The notes below the pieces were generated by a model that saw only the letters and a list, made by a program, of their open reading frames with translations, ran no database searches and was not told the DNA's origin. The position numbers and the translations under genes are program-made. A DNA stretch of 57,269 bases, filler included, from Platydemus manokwari (Eukaryota): NCBI GenBank assembly GCA_037951405.1. It is 5 parts of 5 records of this genome, joined end to end, with 100 filler letters (N's around TTAATTAATTAA, not from the genome) between each part and the next. Parts side by side here need not be neighbours in the genome. Positions count along the whole stretch, not along the records: positions 44,343 to 57,269 come from JBBMOY011901387.1; 4 more parts are not named here. One strand, given 5' to 3'. Position 1 is the stretch's first letter; the number at the start of each line of letters is the position of its first letter. Positions 48,001 through 57,269 of the stretch are shown here, in pieces.

Positions 48001-49842
48001 TCAAATAATCCGATTGTGATTATGATTTCCAATTCCCAATCATGGTGATTTAATGAATTATTTTCTGATCTATAGATGCTCAGAACCTGAGCAACAACTC
48101 AATATACCGGTTGATACATTGAAACGAAAAATCAAAACAAAAGAACAACGACAAGTTGAACTTGAAGAACAAATTCGTAAAAAACAAGAAGAACTGGAAA
48201 AAATTACTGGTCTGGATAAGAAATCAGGCAAAAAAGTCGGAAGATTGATAAGATCGTCTTCAGACGAAGAAGAATCAGAAGAAGAGGAAGAAGAAGAGTC
48301 AGAGGACGATATTGTTTCTCGACCTAGTAGGAAAGTGAAAACCGTTGCAAAACGAGCCATTCAAGTGGAGAAAAATGAATTACTTCAAAAATCAATCACA
48401 AACGTATCTCTGGATATGCCTGTTAGAAAAGGCAAAAGTGGAGGATTAACTCCGTCAATAGCTTTACAAAACAAAAATCTTCGACCACATCAGATTGCTG
48501 TGACAACAGATAAAGTAAGTTTGGGAGTTTATTTCTATATATATATATCTTTATACTGATATAGATAAATGGAATAATTTTTGATGTATTTGATATATTT
48601 TAGTCTCGGGATTCCAGTCGTTCTTTCGATAATCGTAAAGGTAAATCTGAGTCTTCATTAAAATCAGGACTTGTCCATAAAATTCCCAGAATAAGCACCG
48701 AGTCCAAAAATCCATTTGCCAGTACTAAACCTCTCCCAGTTGGCAAAATTGAACTTAAAAATCACGTAATAATGTTCTTTGATTAGTGATACCATCATAT
48801 TAACAATACACACATATCATATCCAATAGGATGCTGATATATCAAGTTCAGATATGAAGAAATCCACTTCAACACCAGCCTCATCTCGTAATCAGCACGG
48901 AACAGATATTGTCATGAATGGCGGTGAACATGTCGATTCCGATATTAATATCATCAAAGCTGAACCGGTGAGGCATTTTTCATTTCAATTAATATTGTTT
49001 GATTACAAATAAAAATATATTCATTACAACCATATAATATATAGATGGAAGATGTTTCGCCATTGAAAAATGTTGCCGATATTTCATCATCAATGCTCGA
49101 TGTACAAGCTCGAGTGAACAACAAATGGTAATTGATTGATTGATGAGAGGGTGTGATATGGTGATATTTATCAATAAAATCATTTCATAGGGTGTCAGGT
49201 CGAATTGTAGAAGCCAAAGACAACCAAATACTCGTCAAATTGGAACACGGTGGTGACACATCGGAAGATAAATGGTACTCATTAAATAGTTCCGATATCA
49301 GACACAAATCTGCTGGTATGGTCAGCACATCGGAAAAAGTATTTGAAAATCTCAAGTAATAACCGATGGTGTTGATTTGAAATGGTTGTGTTTATTGATT
49401 TTTATCGTTTCAGAGTCTGTTTGAGATATTTTCTGCCTCCAGAATGGCCGGTTGACAAGGAAACCATCCATTCACTTTCTCCTAAAGATTTAGCAGACTT
49501 CCCATTGGAAAAATTCTTTGATAAATATGAACAAGGATTACGAAAAGTAACAAATCGATTTTGTGATGATTGTTAATTAATATCTATCTGTGTTACTCGT
49601 GCAGCTTTTCACCAACTTCCAATCGGAAACCACTAGAGCAAATGATAAACTGTCCAATCTCCGTAAAAACGTTTTGAGAATTCTCCACATGGTTGATAAG
49701 GTTGATGGTTTTTTTGATTGATGTTATTGATTAATATTTTGATTAAAACACATTTTCCATGATTTAGGATGCTAATTTATCATCATTGGTGGACGATGAA
49801 ATCGACAGGCATTTGAGAGATTTTTTGGATTCGAACATTTGA
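45099..49842 (+). CDS. MORC2: MORC family CW-type zinc finger GHKL ATPase, MORC2-like (~974 aa, 18 exons)
   Basis: Exons 45099-45160, 45205-45258, 45305-45339, 45385-45453, 45523-45613, 45662-46075, 46130-46338, 46386-46468, 46846-47356, 47408-47513, 48076-48514, 48604-48765, 48830-48967, 49045-49127, 49191-49355, 49414-49546, 49605-49700, 49768-49842. All introns GT-AG; total 2925 nt in frame. Motifs: [55 protein letters not shown], coiled-coil insertion, [11 protein letters not shown] finger QCDQCLKWR..WQC..NPD, chromo-like [17 protein letters not shown]-terminal [14 protein letters not shown] at ~49906. Confidence 0.95.
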
Positions 49843-50049
49843 CAATATTGATTTTGTATATATTAGTTAAATAGATGTGCGTATGTGCTGTTGTTGACTG
49901 TTAATAATAAATGATCAATATTTTACTCTCATATCTTGTGCAATAGTGTTTTGGTTGGTAATGATGTAAAATTGTTATGTACCGTGTTGTTATTGATTAT
50001 GCTCAAATCAAATAATAGTATTGATTATTACGATAACTTTCGCGAAAAT

Positions 50050-50560
50050 GTCAATGTATGATGTCACCCAAATTTGATAGATGAACATTGAGTCTCATTG
50101 TAGATAATATTAAATCGGTTTCCTGTGAATATTATTTTATATCAAAATATTGCAGTTCTTTAATCATAGATTGGGCAACAATTTTAAATGTGTTGATAGG
50201 GAATTATTGTCGATAATGAAATATCAGACGTTTAAAGTTCATTAAGAAATGAGAAGTAATTTTAAGAATATTATATAAGCAGTCATGGATGTAGTCGCTT
50301 CTCCTAAGTGTTCATTCTATCTCTGATAAACACAAGAGTATTTAAAGAATTATCCAAATACAGTTCTGAGAGTTAAGACAAATTAAAGCAATTTAGCACG
50401 AGAGTAATAACTAAGTAAAGAATTTTGCTTCTGGCTTTTCTACTGGATTATTTTACTCGTATCACCATAAAGAATAGGCCACTCGACTCCATCGAATTTG
50501 TCCATATTTAGTGTTAATTTCATAATAATAAATTTGTTTAAACAGCAACGTCTTTATTTT
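50050..50560 (-). mobile_element. Possible decayed LTR-retrotransposon gag/protease remnant
   Basis: MKLTLNMDKFDGVEWP resembles a gag N-terminal KFDG..W motif; IFTGNRFNII downstream is protease-like. Confidence 0.25.
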
Positions 50561-53099
50561 GTGGGGTTTCTATTTTTGCCATACGATTCAGCAAGTTTTA
50601 TTCACCTAGAGTTTGGGGACCCGATGATGATTGTAATTAATTGTAATGTACTATTCACAGATGTGTAATGCTGACGTTCAAAAGGTAGCAGTGTAATACT
50701 CGGAAGATTTATGATGTAGTTTGAGGAAAACTGATTATATGAAAGAGTCTGTTAAAGACAATAATCTGAGAATTCTATTATGTATTGATCTATAAAGTAT
50801 TCGACAAATTCTACGTAACAATTTAATATATAAATTATTATCATATTTTATTTCTTATGCATTAAAATTTTTTATGAAATTATTTTGTTGATTCCAGAAG
50901 GAAAATCCAGTTAAAAATAGAATATATTTATGTTTTGGTTATATTTTTATTTATATTTTGTGCTTATACCATGTTTAATGCTGTGCAGCTTATGAATGGC
51001 ATCTATATATAGTTGTTGGGTTGTATACTATGCTTTTTGTTGTTTATATCCAACTCAATAGCTTGAGTTCTTTATAAGATTTTTAAATATCGAAGTAAAC
51101 AATAATCAACAAATGAAAATAAACGGTTTATTTATTTATAATAAAAATTACAAATGAGGATTGACTCAAACTATTATCTCGCACAATAATTTTACAAAAC
51201 AAATTAGTGTGGTTATCTTACAGTGAGCGTGAGAAATTAGTTTTTTCTTCCTTAAGATTTTATAAGATTATATAAACTCATTTACAGTTGGGTGCAAAAT
51301 TATATATTTTGAGTTAGTAATTATCGATTTTACAATTATTTATTGCCCTTTACCTATTGAATATTGTCCTTCCAAAAAATGTCGAATTGTCAAAGTTTTT
51401 AACCAAATTTTTGAGATGTCATTTCTTCGAGATATCAAATTTTTTAGAGTAAATTGTAATAGGAATCCATCTGCTTATATAGATGCTGATATTCGGTACT
51501 TTATACATAGGATTTGAACCTTAATTGTTTACCATTTTTAAAGTCCTTAAACTTCAGAATTCCATTAAATTAGCTAACCCTACAAATTTTATTATAGAAT
51601 TATTAACCTTTCAAATGCACATATTAAATTTCTTTCTATTCTTTATCTTATTTCTCATTATAATTGTTTGATTTATAAATAAATAATATACATTTTATTG
51701 TCATATGATTCAAAAAATCATAAATATATGACGTCATAATATAAAATCGCTCAAAAAATCATCATCAAAATTGTCATCAAAAAATTTGTCAATAAATGTT
51801 ATCACAAAACAACAAATTTGTTAATTTATTCAATGTCACAGGATGTCCCAGAGGCTGAAATGAATTTATTCATAAAATAACAACCAGTAATATATCATCG
51901 CGTAATAACCCTGACAAATATCTTGCCATATGTTGTCGCATTCGACGAGTGCAGGCCACGAATGAAGTGTTTGACCTATTGAATTTAGTCTGTGAGGATT
52001 TATTTTTGAATAGTGAACTTAAATAGGGAAAATTTCTACGAGTGACTCATCGCTGCATATTTAAGGCAGCAGTCACAATTACCACTTCCAATTTGACACA
52101 TTATTAGAGACACAATTACACGTTACCAAAATTGTTACACTCGGTTTTATATGACACGTTATTTTGCAATTAAAAACAGTACGAGATAATACTTTTCCGT
52201 GTTGAAGATCTAATTAAGATCACTGCTCTTATAAACCCTAACTGTCATTACTTGGATAAAGCTAAAATCCAGCAAATTGATGTAATATTTTGTATGGTAT
52301 TGTTGGGATTTTATGAAGATATAGTAACGAAATAAAATTAAATCAAAATTCTGGTGTTATAGAGTAACAATAAATGTCACTGTTCGATTAAATTGAAGTT
52401 ATAAATATAAGGTTAAATTGGGATTTTGTTCCCAACAGAATCTGCTCGTATTAGATACGTAGGAAGTGTTCGAATCACTATCTGATACTTACAGTAGTAT
52501 TTAAATTATAAATAGACAGGTGAAATATAAACTTATCCTGAAAAATATGAAAGTAAATTTTTAAATAAACGAATACAATAAAATAAGTTTATTAACATTA
52601 TAAATCGGATTTTATAATATATTAACAGTACAATTCTATTGTTGACGGATAGACTCTTCAAGAGAACAGTCAGGTGTGCCCAACTAGTTGGTGAGACACT
52701 CCTATGGTTGAAAAAGAAGGTAGAGATAATAAGTAGAACCTAATAAATTTAGAACAACCACACAGCCATCGAGATAGCTGTGGGCACATAATAAAAACAT
52801 GACATTTTACTCATCATTGTTGCAAATTAAAATAGCCAGATTCGGAATTCGAAATACAATTAAAATACGATTATGTTAAAACTCTATATTCGACACTCCA
52901 GAAATATGTTGTATGTTTTGCTTGGTTATCAGAAGATAGTTGCGATCAAAAGCATTCTATTTTCAACTCTGTACTTTGGTTTTCGAACTAGAAATGTGTT
53001 CGTTAAGAGCACCCAACGCGTCGAAAAAGTCTGTATCAGATCTCTAAAATCAGCCAAAACAGTATCATCTGCAATAGAAACTGATTAATATCCACGATC

Positions 53100-53920
53100 T
53101 TAAGCTTCAGTATGTTATCAGACAAAAGTCTCCAGAACCAGAATTTCTGTCCAAATCGAATTTTGGGCAATGCATTGAGATGGCTAAACGGCACTGTTGA
53201 ACCAGTTTATTGTAAGAATTCTAAGAAATCCTGGTGATTGCGAGCGGTTAGAGCAATCAACTACTTTAAAATAGACCACTACATCGCATTGAAGTTTTAA
53301 CTCGACGGAGATAGCCTTTGTATGCGTATGAACGATGCTGTTTGCCATATGCAGGTAATTGGAGTGAAATATAAGCGTCAAGTAACATATATTCTTCATC
53401 AAGCACTTGCAGACTCTTATTTGCAAAAATAGATTCAGATTAACAATTCAAGTTGGCTTGGAAGAGTCATTTGCAAAAACTGGAGATTAAATAAAATTGT
53501 GTGGAACTGCCAAATTACAGGTTATGCTTGGAGCTTTATACACAGTGCTGGGGTTAGTATGATTCCTTTGAACGCTCGGGTATTCTAGAAAGATCTTCTT
53601 ATACGATGTTTTGTCTAAGAAAAGTCGCTGACACATGGTATAGTCATGTGAGTCATGCATTGTTCAAAGACAAAATGACTGTCTGAGATTTTTTCATCAA
53701 TTTCCTAATTCACTTAATTTAATGGCTAATGTAAATGAGACAGCGTCTTATCTTAAACACTGTTTCGAGGCTTGAGGTGGATCTCTATATAGAGAACATT
53801 TTAAATTGTCTAATGTTCTTGGTGAATATCAAATACACGCTCGACAAAGAACAGCTGATGAAACAAGTTAATGCAAGGAACTTATAAGAATAGTTTATGA
53901 TAAAATAGAGAAGAAGTAAA
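53100..53920 (+). mobile_element. Decayed hATm-type transposase
   Basis: MH*DG* at 53170-53187 corresponds to HWDGK. Then, in the expected order across frameshifts: LVIASG*SNQLL, ASSN, STCRLL (GAC.LL), LAWKSH (LACRHH), and finally TADE...ELIRIV. Confidence 0.45.
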
Positions 53921-54986
53921 ATTTTATTATCAATACATTACTTTGAGCAAACTACATATATCCTAAAATCTATTATATCTTAAAAATCTAGAATTCAAAA
54001 CTAACGGGGTACGCTACCTTCCCTCGTTGACCCTTGTATACAATATGAGTGTTTGGGTAAATTGTAATTTCGAGTGAATGAGGAATTAAATAATTTAGAT
54101 TAGAATTTTCTTTAAAGAAAGAGGACTTAAATTAGATTACTGTATTGCATTAAGATTATTGTATTACATCATAAGATTTTGTATATCTGGTGATATTGAA
54201 TAATATGTTGTGACATAATTTTTATTATAGTGTTATACAATTATTGATTTCATTTTGATTATAAAATCATGAAACAAGTACCTATCGGATTGACATCACG
54301 CGTCAACCGCTAATACAGAACTCACTGAAAATAAAATAATGAAGACAACCGCAAAATTAAGCTCAAACAGAATTCTTTCCTTATCCTAGAAAATAATCTG
54401 CCATTGCTGAACTTAATCGCTGACTACAATTTATCTATTCTTAATTAAATATTTCGTCAGAAAATTAACCTTCGTTAAGTATCGACTTGATTTCCCAAAT
54501 GTTTTCTGTCAAATTAAATGTGCTTTTGTTAACAATTACAGGTTCTATTGTCAAAAAATGAATCATCGACAGAAGGTTGAAATTTGATTAAATTAAAATT
54601 TTATTTCTGGTTTCTGTTTTAAAGTAGTTGTTCTGTCAGAATTAACGAATCGATTATTTTTGACTTCACGAAGATGTCCAGTTGATGATTGTTAAGCAAT
54701 ATTAAACTACGCTCGATATTATAAGATTTATTTGGCAATGGTAGATTACTTTATCGTTAATAATTAATCAAATATTTGTGCATAATAAATATTAGAATTT
54801 TTAATTTTTTTCTCACAACAAATGCTCGTGTGATCTAACTATCTGACTCCCAAAAGATAGAGTTGTTCGCTAACAATTATTGATATAGCATATGTAGAAT
54901 CACTAGAGTCTGAGCATCCCACAAATGAACTAAACTACAAGCAATGGTACAACTCTTAAATATCAATTCGTTAATAAATAAGGATC

Positions 54987-55105
54987 AAGACCGTGCACAA
55001 TCTTGAAATATCGGCCTAACTACGTAAAAGCGTGCGCAACAATAAATTACGGATGCACACCACTTGATACCGCTTCTAAATACCGATATTCGGGAGCACG
55101 GTCCT
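54987..55105. repeat. Short element with imperfect terminal inverted repeats (MITE-like)
   Basis: GACCGTGC..GAAATATCGG (54989-55014) pairs with CCGATATTCGGGAGCACGGTC (55083-55103). Confidence 0.5.
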
Positions 55106-55949
55106 CGAATATCATATATTTGACAATTTATACATTTTTATTTAAATTAATTCATTATCAATGGTTATTTTTGAAATATATTTTCCTGTGAGATTTATGG
55201 GAAATATTCTGCTATAAATATAATATATTATCACATTTTGTTTCATTATGAATTAATGTATTACAATATTATTTGGTATTTTTAATGGAAATAATTCTCT
55301 TGATAATTCATTGTGGTTTTTTCTTATGTTTTTATTCAATTATCAATGCATTAATTATTGATTATTCAGTGTATTTATCTATTTTATTTTAAGCTACCAT
55401 TAATATTTATGAATTATATAATAGCAGTTGTAATATAAAGTAAATTAGGATTTGCCATTGGGTTTATTATTGATGTTATTATAATTACTATTATTTTATA
55501 ATTTATAATTTATTACCAATAATTGTTGTCACATATTTAGTCATGGATATGTTAAATATTTAGAAAGAAAACTAAGTTTTTCAAGATAATAATTAATAGA
55601 CCAAATTCATGCTAAACGAATGTAAATTGTCAAAACTATATACAATTAAATTGAATTGGCCCGATTCTTTAAATCTTAACTTTCAATTAATTTTTTGTTC
55701 TTGTTATTAAATTACTTTATTATTATCCATTTCAAACTAATCCAATTTCCACTCTACTTCTTAATATATTTCGATAAAACTAATTTCAAGAAAAAATGTC
55801 ATACAACTATTTACAGATAAACAAATAACAACACTGTTTATTCACTGATAATCAATAACAAAGTTAAAAAACTCAATCACTAAAAATGCTCACTAAAAAA
55901 TCACTATAGTTTATAAAAATATTGTTTATTATTTTTAATGTTGAACGAT

Positions 55950-56290
55950 TTTATGCTGGTATTTGGATCTGTGCTTAGGAGCTGTGTTTGGGTTTCATAG
56001 GTTTATTTTTATTGATATTGGAATTGGAAATTAAAAGTTGTGTATGTTTGGAGTTGATTGAAGATAAGTAGTTATGTCTGAATTATGCTGTGTTGTATAA
56101 AGAATAAAAAGTGTAATCTATAAAACTTCAAATTACCATTCTTGTTAGATTATTAAACTCTAACTCTCTGAGTTTTTCATTAAGGTTTGGTTTTCAGTGT
56201 TATACTAAAATGTGTTTGTTTGATTAATCCAGAATTCTTATTTTTTTGAAATTATAGATCTGACATTAATTAGTACTTTAAAGGTTGATT
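55950..56290 (-). mobile_element. LINE apurinic-endonuclease N-terminal remnant
   Basis: Minus strand KVLINVRSIISKK*EF followed by ITE/NTE matches the APE N(V/A)RS..K..E..ITE motif. Confidence 0.4.
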
Positions 56291-56769
56291 TAATGTTTTT
56301 TAAAATATTTAAAAATATTCATTTTTTCAGATAGAAGGGAAAATAAGTCATATCTTATAATATCAGAACAAATGCTGTTATAGCTTAGTTGGAATCATTT
56401 AAATGACCACACGGTTAATAGTTAACGCGGGTTTAACAGAATATTTTCACTATGATAGATTTTTGTCAACAATTTTACAACTCGTACCTTTAAATAAGCA
56501 ATATTTTTATCATAGTTTTGACAGAGGTAATATGTGTTGAGAAGACGAAAATGTAAACAAACACTAACACTAGTTTATGATCTGAAAATGAAAGACCTAA
56601 AAAAATGCAGGACACAGTTTCTTCATATCAAAACAATGGAAAAGAGAAGCATATATGATAGGAGAGAGGAGCACAGGAGAAATAACATTAGGAATATATA
56701 AAGTAAGAAGAAGACCAAAGGGAAAAAAGAGTGAGAGATTTTGGGAAAGCGAAAGTAAGTTAGTAAAAA

Positions 56770-56850
56770 ATGAGACCAATTGGGAAAAGATTAAGATGTA
56801 GTAAAACACAAAATAGATGTGTTGAACAGGGACAGTAACAGAAGGAAACA
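56770..56850 (+). mobile_element. Small Gypsy pol fragment (pre-RT linker)
   Basis: DQLGKD*DVVKHKIDV resembles DLG.T..VKH.IDT, in a purine-rich tract. Confidence 0.3.
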
Positions 56851-57195
56851 TATTTGGAATAATTGGACAGTAGAGTTAGCCAGTTGAGAATTCAAATCAA
56901 ATTCAGTTTTACAAAATTCCTCAATTCAATACAATAAAAAAATATTTATTTATTATATATGGATCTCCATATACAAGTTCCACATTCTATTTATCGTTTT
57001 CCATCTTGATCGCTCTCTCTATGTTTTACTGTGTTTTCTGAAAGAATTAACTCCTATTTATGAATGACTTTGTAATACCCAATGAATATAAATATCATAA
57101 TCCTAACTGTGAGATTTATAATTTAAATTAAATAATTTTAAATTTAACTTTTTAAAATTAAATTTAATAATTAAAAAAATATCTTTAATTGATAA

Positions 57196-57269
57196 TATTA
57201 GGTTGTAAATAAAGTTCGCGGACAAAATTGGAAATAAAAATTTGTTGTACATAAATTTATTTAAAACAA
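57196..57269 (+). mobile_element. Mariner transposon end: TA TSD plus TIR, cut by contig/window end
   Basis: Identical to 25223-25296 with a different upstream flank. Confidence 0.75.

Noticed and set aside
48070-48360. Antisense Ser-rich ORF; also 13664-13888, 19824-20132, 45746-45928 and 41678-42001
   Set aside because: Shadow ORFs on the opposite strand of real coding or pol sequence.
37142-49842. MORC2 silencing gene apparently next to a Gypsy cluster (defence-island idea)
   Set aside because: Separated by an artificial linker, so they are different contigs and the linkage is unsupported.
1-57269. tRNA or rRNA genes
   Set aside because: None recognised; the only tRNA-related sequences are the PBS motifs.

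Overview
Very AT-rich eukaryotic (animal) genomic DNA with short GT-AG introns. The gene set looks like a flatworm, possibly a planarian (inference). The window is five unrelated contigs joined by artificial 100-bp linkers (N44-TTAATTAATTAA-N44 at 11319, 25297, 34622 and 44243), so adjacency across linkers means nothing. Host genes: a complete 18-exon MORC2-like GHKL ATPase gene (45099-49842, +); an intronless rhodopsin-type orphan GPCR (27270-28331, -); a 7-exon gene for a highly divergent Sec7+PH (EFA6/PSD-like) protein that appears to lack the catalytic glutamate (12207-14454, -); a degenerate KH-domain protein; a 4-TM membrane protein; a short orphan ORF; and a TCAF/FAM115-like pseudogene. 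The rest is mostly decayed transposons. These include three related short-LTR Ty3/Gypsy copies (two converging on their integrases), another Gypsy gag-pol fragment, hAT/hATm and LINE/Penelope remnants, and an identical mariner end at two contig ends. At about 31.1-31.7 kb there is a remnant of a Polinton/Maverick-type endogenous virus: a packaging-ATPase N-terminus next to a large-DNA-virus tryptophan-repeat gene. No intact novel multi-gene system is evident. The best leads are the putative pseudo-ArfGEF, the viral remnant and the convergent Gypsy fold-back. All domain calls are by-eye motif recognition, not database searches.
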